This document shows, piece by piece, positions 34,986 through 44,115 of a DNA stretch of 64,000 bases (its first letter is position 1; the number at the start of each line of letters is the position of its first letter). The stretch is from Flavobacteriales bacterium. Lineage in GTDB: Bacteria > Bacteroidota > Bacteroidia > Flavobacteriales_F > PHOS-HE28. The translations under genes were made by a program, and so were the position numbers. The stretch lies in assembly GCA_016719225.1 (NCBI GenBank), contig JADKAN010000001.1, forward strand, positions 573,728 through 637,727. Direction: 5' to 3'. Below the pieces are notes generated by a model that was not told the origin of the DNA, made no database searches, and worked only from the letters and a program-made list of their open reading frames with translations.

Positions 34986-36116
34986 CTAAATGCCTCTCGC
35001 GACCAAACCTGCGGCCTCACGTCCCACCCGTATCCCTACGGCCACACCGATACCGCCCAAGCCCGCCGCCAGCACGGTGCGGGACGAGCGGCGTTCCACC
35101 AGCGGTGGGCCGCCTTGTTCGCGGAAACCCATTACGCCGCTCCAGCGCTGGGCGATGCGGAATTCCTTTTCCGGCAGGATCAGCGTGCGCAGCAGCTCCT
35201 CCAGTGCGTTCTGGATCTGCTGTGTAGTGCCGTCCAGATCGGTGGTTTCCCCGGCCATGTCCAAGTGGCGGCCGCCACCCAGCAGCACCCTGCCTTGGTA
35301 GTGCCGGAAGTAGTAGTAGCCTTCATCCACGTGGAAGGTGCCTGTCAGCGTCAACCCCGGTATTTCCTCCGTTAGCAGCACTTGCCCGCGCGCGGGCAGG
35401 ATGCCACATCCGGGCACCAGGTGCCTGCTGAAACCGTTGGTGGCGAACACCACCTGCTTGGCCGTGCATACCGCGCCACCATCCAACTTCAGCGACACGC
35501 CATGCGCGTCCTCCTCCCAAGAGACCACCTTCGCGTTGAAGCGGACCTCCGAACCGGCTTCCTGCACCTTGCGGAGCAGTGCGCGCATGAGCATGCCACT
35601 GTCCACCGCACCTTCCAGCGCATTCCATGTGAGGTGCTCCGCGCTCAGGCCTAGAGCGGGGATCCGGTCGTCGGCCCGAACGAACACGTCCTTGCCAACG
35701 ATGCCGCGCAACGCGGTGTTCAGCAGGTCGAACCGTTCCGCCACCCGCGTGTACAGCGGATCATCCTTCCGGAACACCTCATATCCGCCCACGGGCTCAA
35801 AACCAATGGCTTCGTCGCCCAGTTCCTGCCGCAGTTCCAACAGCCCGCGCCAGCGCTCCTCCACGCGTTGCATGGCCACCGTCTCGCCCAACGTGTCCAG
35901 ATCGTGCAGCAGCTCGCTCGGGCTGCCGAAGCAGGCGAAGCCCGCATTCTTGACGCTCGCCCCAACCGGGTGCGGGCCGCTTTCCAACACCACCACCCGG
36001 TGGTCGGCGTGTTCCCGCAGGTAGTGCAGGGCCGTGAAGAGGCCGGTGATGCCCGCGCCCACCACCACAAGCGCGGTTTCCCCGCTGAAGGAACGATCTT
36101 CCCAAATGCTTCCCAT
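34986..36116 (-). CDS. FAD-dependent oxidoreductase (DAO/glycine-oxidase-like)
   Basis: N-terminal dinucleotide-binding motif VVVGAGITGLFTALHYL followed by VVVLE. 376 aa. Confidence 0.75.
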   Translation of the reverse strand: MGSIWEDRSFSGETALVVVGAGITGLFTALHYLREHADHRVVVLESGPHPVGASVKNAGFACFGSPSELLHDLDTLGETVAMQRVEERWRGLLELRQELGDEAIGFEPVGGYEVFRKDDPLYTRVAERFDLLNTALRGIVGKDVFVRADDRIPALGLSAEHLTWNALEGAVDSGMLMRALLRKVQEAGSEVRFNAKVVSWEEDAHGVSLKLDGGAVCTAKQVVFATNGFSRHLVPGCGILPARGQVLLTEEIPGLTLTGTFHVDEGYYYFRHYQGRVLLGGGRHLDMAGETTDLDGTTQQIQNALEELLRTLILPEKEFRIAQRWSGVMGFREQGGPPLVERRSSRTVLAAGLGGIGVAVGIRVGREAAGLVARGI

Positions 36117-36261
36117 GATGTTCCTGTTCTTGCTTGCGCCTGCTAAATTCGGCTATCGAAACCCGCGAGGTGGACGTCCGTTGAACTTAACGGGCGTTAC
36201 CACGCGCCAAAGTTGTTGTAAATTGCCGCTTATCCAGACCCGACCCCGCACCCCGCCCTGC

Positions 36262-39200
36262 ATGGCCGCAACCGCCTTTCGTCCGCTCCATTGGCTTTTC
36301 CTTGCCTTTTTCCTTTTGTTCGGACTGGCGGCGAACGCGCAGATCGACAACGTGTATGTGTACGGCACGGTAAAGGACTACAATACCTCGAAGAAGTTGG
36401 ACGGCATCACCGTTTCCGTGCTGAAGGACGGTGCCAAATTCGCGCAGGTGGTCACCAGTGCCAACGGCAAATACGAGTTCAACCTGGATTATGGGCATGA
36501 CTACAAGCTCGTGTTCGAAAAGCCGGGCATGGTGGGCAAGAACGTGAGCATCAACACCACCAGTATTCCGGAGGGGGACCGTCAAGGGGGCTTGGCGATG
36601 AACGTGGAAATGACGCTGTTCCAAGAGTTGCCGGGCATCGATTTCAAGTTGCTGCAACAACCCATCGGGAAGTCGAAGTATGATCCGGAGACGAAGAACC
36701 TGGCGTGGGATCTCCAGTACACCGAGCAGATCCGCTCGGAGATGGAGCGCTTGCTGAAGGAATACGACGACAAGAAAAAGCGCGAGGCCGGTGCGGATGA
36801 ATCCTACGCGAAGGCCATGAAGGCCGGAACCGATGCCATGACAGCGGCCGGATACGACAAGGCTGTGAAATCCTTTACCGAAGCGCTGGGCTACAAACCC
36901 GCTGATCCCGTGGCTACCGCGAAGTTGAGCGATGCACAGATCAAGCTGAACGAACTGAGCGCTGCCAGCAAGAAAGAGGCACAATACTCGGACTTGATCA
37001 AAACAGCGGACGCCTTGTTCGGCAAAAAGCAATACGAGGACGCGAAGGCGAAGTACCAGGAAGCTACGCAGGTGAAGGACCAGGAAGCCTATCCCAAACA
37101 GAAGGTGAAGGAATGTGATGCCTTCATCGACGACCTCGCCAAGAAGGCCGAAGCCGATAAGAAGGCCAAGGAACTGGACGATAAGTTCAATGCCGCAATT
37201 GCCGCCGGGGATGCGGCTTTCAAGGCTGAGAAGTACGATCAGGCCAAGACGGGCTTCACCGAAGCGCAGGCCTTGAAGCCCGCTGAGAAATACCCGCCCG
37301 AACAGCTCGCTGCCATCGCCAAGAAATTGGATGAACAGGCCAAGAAGGCGGAAGAGGACGCTAAGAACAAAGAGATGGAGGCCAAGTACCAAGCCGCCAT
37401 TACCGCCGGCGATGCCTCGTTCAAAAAAAACGACTACGATGCCGCGAAAGGCAAGTACAACGAGGCGTTGGGCCTGAAGGCAAAAGAGAAATACCCCACG
37501 GACCAGCTCGTTGAGATCGATAAGAAGCTGAAGGAACTGGCCGATAAGGCCGATGCCGATGCCAAAGCCAAGGAGCTGGAAGGGCAGTACCAAGCCGCCG
37601 TCGCAGCAGGTGATGCCGCCTTCAAGAGCGCGGATTATGATGCAGCGAAGGGTAAATACAACGAAGCCCTCGGTTTGAAGGCGAAGGAGAAATACCCCAC
37701 GGACCAGCTTGCCGCGATTGAGAAAAAGTTGAAGGACATAGCCGATAAGGCCGACGCGGATGCCAAAGCCAAAGAGCAGGACGCCCAGTACCAAGCCGCT
37801 ATAGCCGCTGCTGACGCCTCCTTCCAAACGGCCGACTACGATGCCGCGAAAGGCAAGTACAGCGAGGCGTTGGGCATGAAGCCGAAGGAGAAATATCCCA
37901 CGGACCAACTCGCCGCCATCGCGAAAAAGGTGAAGGAACTGGCGGACAAGGCCGATGCGGATGCAAAAGCCAAGGCGCTAGACGAGCAGTACCAAAAGCT
38001 GGTGGACAATGCTGAAAAGCTCTTTGCCGATGCGTCCTTCACCGAAGCCAAGGCAAAATACCAAGAGGCCCTGGGGCTGAAACCCTCCGAGGCGAAGCCG
38101 AAGGAACGCATCGTGGAGATCGATGCCAAGCTCGCCGAACTCGCCCGCCAAGCGGATGAGAAGAAGAAGCAGGACGAACTGGATGCGAAATACGCCGGCC
38201 TGATCAGCAGCGCCGATAAGTTCTTCAAGGACAAGAAGAACAGCGATGCGCTGAATAATTACAAGGATGCGCTGGGACTGAAAGCAGGTGAACAGTACCC
38301 GAAGGACCAGATCGCGGCCATTGAACAGCTGATGGACGCCAATGCCAAGGAGCAGGCGGAAAAGGACCGACTAGCACGCGAGGCCAAGGACAAGGACGAC
38401 AAGTACAATGCCCTCATCAAGCAAGCGGACATCGAATTCAAGGCAAAGAGCTACGACGGTGCGTTGAGCGGTTATGAGCAAGCATTGGACATCAAGGCGG
38501 ATGAGAAATACCCCGCTGACCAGATCACGGCGATCCAGAAACTACAGGCCGAGCTGGCTTCCAAGAGCGCGGCGGATAGCCTGAAAGCCGCGCAGGACGC
38601 CGAGGAGCGCGCGCGACTGGATGCGGAGAAGCGTAGCAAGGAACAGTCTGCCGCCGAACTGCAAGGCCGCTACGATGCCGCGATCGCCAAGGCCGATGCC
38701 GCGTTCAAAACGAAGGATTACGAACCCGCGCGCGACGGCTACAACGAAGCACTGGGCATCAAGGCCGATGAGAAGTATCCCAAGGACCAATTGGCGGCCA
38801 TTGATGCTGCACTGGCACAATTGAGCGCGGCCGACAGCTTGGCCGCTGCTACTGCGGAAAAGGCCCGTCTGGAAGCGGAGGAGCGTGCGCGCTTGGATGC
38901 GGAGAAGCGCAGCAAGGAGCAGTCCGCCGCTGAACTGCAAGGCCGCTACGATGCCGCTATCGCCAAGGCCGATGCCGCGTTCAAAACGCAGGATTACGAC
39001 CCCGCTCGCGAAGGCTACAACGAAGCGCTCCGCATCAAGGCGGACGAGAAATATCCCAAAGGCCAATTGGCCGCCATTGATGCCGCACTGGCACAACTGA
39101 GCGCGGCGGACAGCTTAGCCGCTGCTGCTGCTGAAAAAGCAAGAATGGAAGCGGAGGCGGCCCGAAGCCAGGCCGATGCCGAAGCGGAAGGTAAGCGCCT

Positions 39201-40389
39201 GGCACTTGAGAAGGCCAAACAGGAGCGGGAAGGCCAGCAAGCCATTGATGATCGCTATGCCGAGGTGATCCGGAACGCGGACGCCAGCATGGCCTCGCAG
39301 GATTATTCCGCAGCTCGGGACCTGTATTCGCAAGCACTGGACATCAAGTCCACCGAGACCTACCCACAGGTGAAGATCGAACAGATCGACAAGTTGTTGG
39401 CGGAACAGGCCCGCTTGGAAGCGGAACGTGCCAAGGCCGAACAGGCGAAGGTGAAGACCCCCCCGCCGCCGGTGGCCACGGCTTCCATGGACAACCGCAA
39501 GGAGCTGGAAGCAGAGGATTTCATGCGCGAAGCACGCGAACGCGAGGACGCCGAGAAGTATGGCAAGATCAAGCGGTTGAAGGTGGCTGTGCAGGACCAA
39601 GCGGTCACAGGTCAGGAAGAGGCGAACAAGCGTCAGGAAGAAGACCTGAAAAGGAACCAGTCCGTAAGGGACGGATCCGCTTCACTTTACGAGGGAAGCG
39701 AGGAAATGCGCAAACGGAATGCGGAGGAACTGGAAGCCCTCCGACAAGCGTTGGCGGATCGTCAGGAATCGCTACGCGCGCAAGGGGTCGCCCAAAGCCA
39801 GCAGGCATTGATGGTTGCCAATGCACAAATTGAGGCCCATGCGGATATGGTAACCGCACACCAAAAAGGAAGTAGCACGGCCGGAACCATCGAACAGCGC
39901 ACCGCCGATGCCCAGAGCCACATGGAGGCAGTTGCTTCCGCCGCGCAGGAACGCACTGCCGCTGCCTATGCACAGGTAGAGGTTGCGCAGCAGCAAGCAG
40001 TCGAAATGCAAGAGAAGGGATCCGGACTGGCTAGCAAACAGCAACAGGCCTCGGAACAGTTCAAGGAACAGGAGAGCATGCACCAACAGGAGTTGGCGAA
40101 TGCCGGTAAGGACCGGAGTGCCGGGGAAAAGGAGCGCCTCAGCGGGATCAACGTCAATGCCCAGCGCTCCACCGCGGATTACGGTCGCAATAAGCTCGCC
40201 GAGGAATATCCACAAGGTGTTACCGAGGAAAGCTACACGGAAGGCAATAAGGTGATCATCCGTCGGGTGGTCGTGGAGGGCAACAAGGCCAATGCCTACA
40301 GCAAGGTGATCGCCAAGTGGGGGACGTTCTATTTCAAGGACGGGCAACCCATTTCCGAGCAGAACTGGTCGGTGAATACGGAACAGTAA
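36262..40389 (+). CDS. Large secreted repeat protein: N-terminal carboxypeptidase-regulatory-like beta-sandwich, about 15 TPR-like 'KYP-x-DQLAAI' repeats, and a Gln-rich coiled-coil C-terminal region
   Basis: Signal peptide MAATAFRPLHWLFLAFFLLFGLAANAQ. YGTVKDYNTSKKLDGITVSVLKDGAKFAQVVTSANGKYEFNL matches a CarbopepD_reg-like domain. A ~69-aa unit recurs (xKYxAAIxAGDAAFKxxDYDAAKGKYNEALGLKAKEKYPTDQLAAIxKKLKELADKADADAKAKE). The C-terminal ~300 aa is Q/A/E-rich. 1375 aa in total. Confidence 0.8.
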   Translation: MAATAFRPLHWLFLAFFLLFGLAANAQIDNVYVYGTVKDYNTSKKLDGITVSVLKDGAKFAQVVTSANGKYEFNLDYGHDYKLVFEKPGMVGKNVSINTTSIPEGDRQGGLAMNVEMTLFQELPGIDFKLLQQPIGKSKYDPETKNLAWDLQYTEQIRSEMERLLKEYDDKKKREAGADESYAKAMKAGTDAMTAAGYDKAVKSFTEALGYKPADPVATAKLSDAQIKLNELSAASKKEAQYSDLIKTADALFGKKQYEDAKAKYQEATQVKDQEAYPKQKVKECDAFIDDLAKKAEADKKAKELDDKFNAAIAAGDAAFKAEKYDQAKTGFTEAQALKPAEKYPPEQLAAIAKKLDEQAKKAEEDAKNKEMEAKYQAAITAGDASFKKNDYDAAKGKYNEALGLKAKEKYPTDQLVEIDKKLKELADKADADAKAKELEGQYQAAVAAGDAAFKSADYDAAKGKYNEALGLKAKEKYPTDQLAAIEKKLKDIADKADADAKAKEQDAQYQAAIAAADASFQTADYDAAKGKYSEALGMKPKEKYPTDQLAAIAKKVKELADKADADAKAKALDEQYQKLVDNAEKLFADASFTEAKAKYQEALGLKPSEAKPKERIVEIDAKLAELARQADEKKKQDELDAKYAGLISSADKFFKDKKNSDALNNYKDALGLKAGEQYPKDQIAAIEQLMDANAKEQAEKDRLAREAKDKDDKYNALIKQADIEFKAKSYDGALSGYEQALDIKADEKYPADQITAIQKLQAELASKSAADSLKAAQDAEERARLDAEKRSKEQSAAELQGRYDAAIAKADAAFKTKDYEPARDGYNEALGIKADEKYPKDQLAAIDAALAQLSAADSLAAATAEKARLEAEERARLDAEKRSKEQSAAELQGRYDAAIAKADAAFKTQDYDPAREGYNEALRIKADEKYPKGQLAAIDAALAQLSAADSLAAAAAEKARMEAEAARSQADAEAEGKRLALEKAKQEREGQQAIDDRYAEVIRNADASMASQDYSAARDLYSQALDIKSTETYPQVKIEQIDKLLAEQARLEAERAKAEQAKVKTPPPPVATASMDNRKELEAEDFMREAREREDAEKYGKIKRLKVAVQDQAVTGQEEANKRQEEDLKRNQSVRDGSASLYEGSEEMRKRNAEELEALRQALADRQESLRAQGVAQSQQALMVANAQIEAHADMVTAHQKGSSTAGTIEQRTADAQSHMEAVASAAQERTAAAYAQVEVAQQQAVEMQEKGSGLASKQQQASEQFKEQESMHQQELANAGKDRSAGEKERLSGINVNAQRSTADYGRNKLAEEYPQGVTEESYTEGNKVIIRRVVVEGNKANAYSKVIAKWGTFYFKDGQPISEQNWSVNTEQ
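37378..37998 (+). repeat. Three tandem ~207-bp (69-codon) coding repeats inside the repeat-protein gene
   Basis: The nucleotide-level repeat gccaagtaccaagccgcc...aaggagaaataccccacggaccagct...gccgataaggccgatgc(c/g)gatgccaaagccaa recurs three times with high identity. Confidence 0.7.
38593..39160 (+). repeat. Near-identical ~285-bp direct tandem duplication inside the repeat-protein gene
   Basis: gaggagcgcgcgcgactggatgcggagaagcgtagcaaggaacagtctgccgccgaactgcaaggccgctacgatgccgc... recurs at about 38878 with only scattered, mostly synonymous substitutions. The 95-aa units ERARLDAEKRSKEQSAAELQGRYDAAIAKADAAFKT(K/Q)DY(E/D)PAR(D/E)GYNEAL(G/R)IKADEKYPK(D/G)QLAAIDAALAQLSAADSLAAA are almost identical. 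Confidence 0.8.
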
Positions 40390-40599
40390 GTCACCTTTGT
40401 AGGGTGGGCTTTCACGTGCGGTTGACCAGGAACGCCTCCATGAGCAGCGCAATGTCATGTCTGCACAGACTCAGCACCTGTGTTTTTCCACCGCACGTAA
40501 AAAGGCTGGAACGGAACGCTTCTGTTTCGATCGCGTTCCCGACCACCTAAACTCTCAAGATCAAGTAGTGATCGGTAGTGCGAGCCGCTTTTTCGTAGT

Positions 40600-40633
40600 G
40601 AATGCCGATCAAAGTTCCCTTGGATCGGCATTC
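40600..40633. other. Perfect 11-bp inverted repeat (stem-loop) in a convergent intergenic region
   Basis: gaatgccgatc-[12 nt]-gatcggcattc, between the repeat-protein gene (+) and the tlpA-like gene (-). Likely a bidirectional terminator or structural element. Confidence 0.4.
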
Positions 40634-40696
40634 AGACGTGATAGCGTATTTCGAAATGCTTAGCGCCTGCAGGCCTCCGTGGCTAACCGCTCCCGA

Positions 40697-42175
40697 TCAC
40701 TTCGCCTTTCTCTTTTCCAGTGACTTGATCAGCTCGACCATCTGGTCCACGTCCAACTGCTTGCCTACGATCTTGTGATCCTTGTCCATCAGGAAGAACT
40801 TCGGCGTGCTGTAAACATCCCACGTGTCCGCATAGTTCATGCTTTCGATGGTGGTGTATTTGGGGATGTAATTGTAGGAAGCCTTCTTCGCACCTTCATA
40901 AACGTGCCACGTCAGGCCCACATTGATCCAGTCCAGGTCGTTGGCCTTGATGAAGGTTTTCCAGTCGTTGTACAACACGCTGTCCGTGGCCTTGGCGATG
41001 GCGAAAACGGCCACGTCCAATGGCTTCAACTTGGCTTTCCAGTCCTCGTGCAGCACCGGCAATACCTTTTTGCAGTGGCCGCAATGCGGATCCCAGAACA
41101 CCAACAACACGTATTTGTTGGGCAGACTGTAGTACCCCTGCCAGTTCGCTTCCGTGGTGTCCGTTAAGATGATGTCCTTGCCTGTGGCACCGATCACCAG
41201 GGGGGCCATCTTTTTGGCGCGCTCGCACAACTTGTCCAGCTTATCCTTTTCCATCCAAGTCGCTCTTCCCTTTCCCTCGGTGGGGCAGTAGTAGGTCTGC
41301 GCCATATGCACGAACACCGCATCCATGCCCATGATGTCGCTGGTCTCGTACTTGTACGTGATGCCGTTCACGGCGAATTTGAACAGTTCGCCATTGTCGT
41401 CCATGCGCCGGATCAGGTCGTCGGCGGCCATGTTGATGGTGTCCGGGATCTGCGGCACCACCTTGCTGATGTATTCATCGAACTTGTTCTGGAATACTGG
41501 CGTACGCAGGTTGCGCGGGTCCTTCAGGTCGGTGTTGTCCCAGAAGTGCTGGCGGAAAGCGTAATAGCTCGCCGTGCTGTCCAAGGTTCCATCAGCCTTA
41601 AGCACCTGCGTGTTGTCAGGCTCGATGCTCATCTTCACGATGCTGGCCATGTAGGTGCCCGGATGATCCTTCACCAACTGTTTCTGGTAGTCTTTCACTT
41701 CCTTATCCAAGGTAGCGAGCTGCTTCATGTAAGGACCCTTCGCGATGGGGTCCTCCAATCCGGCCATGGCCTTCTTCACGCTGTCCGCCGTTTGGCGCAG
41801 CGTAGCTAACTTCTTGATGTACCCCTGGAAGATCTGGTTCTCCTCGGACTTCACCACTTTCAAATGTTCATTCAGTGCGGTCGTGTCACTGGCCATTTCC
41901 ACCACGGGCTCATTCACGATGAACTCGAAGTATTTCGGGCCGGGTATCACCACGGCATACACTCCGCTTTTATAGCCAGAGACTCGGTTGAACACGGAAA
42001 CACCTTTCGCGTTCGCCACGGTGGTGTCCGTGTAATAGAGCTTGTTGCCGAAGTAATTCGCCAAGAAGATCGTGTCGCCTGCGGTGCCGTCAACAGTGAA
42101 CTGCAGCCGGCGTTTGTCCTGTGCGTGCAAGGAGGACAAGGCTAAGCTGACAAGCAGAAGTAAAGTGGTTCGCAT
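40697..42175 (-). CDS. TlpA-family thiol:disulfide oxidoreductase with N-terminal DUF4369-like domain
   Basis: Signal peptide MRTTLLLLVSLALSSLHAQ. C-terminal thioredoxin fold with a CGHC active site (LLVFWDPHCGHCKKVLPVL). 492 aa. Confidence 0.75.
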   Translation of the reverse strand: MRTTLLLLVSLALSSLHAQDKRRLQFTVDGTAGDTIFLANYFGNKLYYTDTTVANAKGVSVFNRVSGYKSGVYAVVIPGPKYFEFIVNEPVVEMASDTTALNEHLKVVKSEENQIFQGYIKKLATLRQTADSVKKAMAGLEDPIAKGPYMKQLATLDKEVKDYQKQLVKDHPGTYMASIVKMSIEPDNTQVLKADGTLDSTASYYAFRQHFWDNTDLKDPRNLRTPVFQNKFDEYISKVVPQIPDTINMAADDLIRRMDDNGELFKFAVNGITYKYETSDIMGMDAVFVHMAQTYYCPTEGKGRATWMEKDKLDKLCERAKKMAPLVIGATGKDIILTDTTEANWQGYYSLPNKYVLLVFWDPHCGHCKKVLPVLHEDWKAKLKPLDVAVFAIAKATDSVLYNDWKTFIKANDLDWINVGLTWHVYEGAKKASYNYIPKYTTIESMNYADTWDVYSTPKFFLMDKDHKIVGKQLDVDQMVELIKSLEKRKAK

Positions 42176-42425
42176 GTGGGCAAAATTAGAGGTGGGGGCA
42201 GGCGGGTAAGGACTGTTAACGATCCTTTGACGCTTTCGATGAGGAAGAGGTTATTCCGTTGAGCGATTTTAGCATTTCAAACGACGTGCCGCAAGGATAG
42301 GAGTGAAGAAGCCGGTGCGCCGAACAGTAAAAGAAAATGGGCTCGAATTGAAGGAGACCTCACGGGAGCTGGGGAATTGCGAATGGCAGCCGTGCTTGCG
42401 ACTTGCTCAGCCCCTGCAAACGCGA

Positions 42426-44024
42426 TCACGCGTGTTGCAAGGTCTTGAACTCGTTGGTGAAATGGAACTCGATCGCCGGGTTGTTGCGTCGCTCCAAATC
42501 CAACATGTAGGCCGAAGGAGCCATGAATACCGGGTTTTCGTCCTTGTCCTGTACCACCTGCATGGACTTTACCCGGATGAATTCCTGCAAAGCCGCGGGA
42601 TCGTTGCTGGTAAGCCAACACGCCTTGTAGGCTTGGATGGATTGGAACGCGCAATCCGCCCCGTACTCGTGCTCCAAGCGATAGCGGATCACATCGAACT
42701 GCAGTTCGCCCACGCAACCCACGATCTTCTTGTTGCCGGGTTGCTGCGTGAAGAGCTGCGCCACTCCTTCCTCGGTCAATTGCCGGATCCCTTTTTCGAG
42801 CTGTTTGCTGCGCATCGGGTCCTTGTTCACCAACTCGCGGAAAAGTTCCGGGCTAAAGGACGGGATCCCGCGGAAGTTGAGGTTGGCACCCGAGGTGAGC
42901 GTGTCTCCGATCTTGAAATTGCCCGTATCGAACAATCCGATAACGTCCCCGGGCCAGGATTCCTCCACCAACGTCTTTTGCGCAGCCATGAAGGCGGTGG
43001 GATTGGCGAAGCGCAGCTTTTTCCCGCTACGCACATGGTGGTAGAACGTGTTGCGCTTAAAACTGCCGGAACACACGCGCAGGAACGCCACCCGGTCCCG
43101 GTGGTTGGGGTCAAGGTTGGCGTGTATCTTGAATACGAAGCCGGTGAATGCAGGGTCTTCGGGCCGCACGGTGCCTTGGTCGGTCTCGCGCGGCCCGGGC
43201 GGCGGGGCGATGCGCACAAAGGTGTCAAGCACTTCGCGCACGCCGAAGTTGTTGAACGCACTGCCGAAGAAAACCGGTGCCAATTGCCCCGCGCGGTAAG
43301 CCGCCACATCCAGTGGGTCGTACACGCCGTTCACCAGGTCCACGTCCTGACGCAGTGTAGCGGCTGCTTCGGCACCGAGGATCTTATCCACCTGTGGATC
43401 GTTGAGGTCGCTGACCTGAACGGCTTCCGCCTCGCGCTTGGTCTTAATGGCCTCGAAGAGACGCAGGTCACCATCATACAGATCGTAAACGCCTTTGAAA
43501 GTGGCGCCAACGCCTATCGGCCAGCTGAGCGGCCGCACCTTGATGGAGAGCTTCTCCTCCAATTCGTCCAATAGGTCGAAGGGGTCGCGGCCTTCCAGGT
43601 CGAGCTTGTTGATGAACACGATCACCGGCGTGTTCCGCATGCGGCACACCTCCATGAGCCGCTCGGTCTGCGCTTCCACGCCCTTGGTGGAATCGATCAC
43701 CAATACCACGCTGTCCACTGCGGTGAGCGTGCGGTAAGTGTCTTCGGCAAAGTCACGGTGACCGGGCGTATCTAGCAGGTTCATCAGCGTACCCGCATAA
43801 TCGAAGGTCATCACCGAAGTGCTCACGGAGATACCGCGTTGCCGCTCGATCTCCATGAAGTCACTGGTGGCGCCTTTGCGGATCTTGTTGCTCTTAACAG
43901 CCCCTGCGGTCTGGATGGCACCACCGTACAGTAGGAATTTCTCCGTTAGCGTGGTCTTACCCGCGTCAGGGTGGCTGATGATGGCGAATGTGCGCCGCTT
44001 GGCTATCTCCTCGATCGGTCCCAT
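42426..44024 (-). CDS. prfC: Peptide chain release factor 3 (GTPase)
   Basis: [35 protein letters not shown] (G1), DTPGHRDF (G3), NKLD (G4). Overall RF3 blocks. Confidence 0.9.
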   Translation of the reverse strand: MGPIEEIAKRRTFAIISHPDAGKTTLTEKFLLYGGAIQTAGAVKSNKIRKGATSDFMEIERQRGISVSTSVMTFDYAGTLMNLLDTPGHRDFAEDTYRTLTAVDSVVLVIDSTKGVEAQTERLMEVCRMRNTPVIVFINKLDLEGRDPFDLLDELEEKLSIKVRPLSWPIGVGATFKGVYDLYDGDLRLFEAIKTKREAEAVQVSDLNDPQVDKILGAEAAATLRQDVDLVNGVYDPLDVAAYRAGQLAPVFFGSAFNNFGVREVLDTFVRIAPPPGPRETDQGTVRPEDPAFTGFVFKIHANLDPNHRDRVAFLRVCSGSFKRNTFYHHVRSGKKLRFANPTAFMAAQKTLVEESWPGDVIGLFDTGNFKIGDTLTSGANLNFRGIPSFSPELFRELVNKDPMRSKQLEKGIRQLTEEGVAQLFTQQPGNKKIVGCVGELQFDVIRYRLEHEYGADCAFQSIQAYKACWLTSNDPAALQEFIRVKSMQVVQDKDENPVFMAPSAYMLDLERRNNPAIEFHFTNEFKTLQHA

Positions 44025-44115
44025 GTCAAAAATGGACGCGAAGGTAGCGGAAGCACGGGGCGGGACGAACCTTACTTTTGCTCCCTGTGGCCACCATGCC
44101 GCTACCCCCCTGTAC

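Noticed and set aside
36262-40389. Possible CRISPR array or other non-coding repeat, because of strong DNA periodicity.
   Set aside because: The repeats are long (207-285 bp), contiguous without spacers, in frame, and translate into a coherent helical repeat protein. There are no short direct repeats interspersed with unique spacers, and no cas genes.
40390-40696. The 300-bp non-coding gap after the repeat gene as a possible sRNA or riboswitch.
   Set aside because: Only a simple perfect inverted repeat (40600-40633) and T-runs are visible. There is no recognisable riboswitch consensus, and the convergent gene arrangement makes terminators the simplest explanation.
43819-44115. Upstream extension of the first PQQ-dehydrogenase ORF (alternative start MLTEIPR…).
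   Set aside because: The extension overlaps the prfC coding region on the other strand and lacks signal-peptide logic. The internal Met at 44116 yields a canonical signal peptide ([19 protein letters not shown]).
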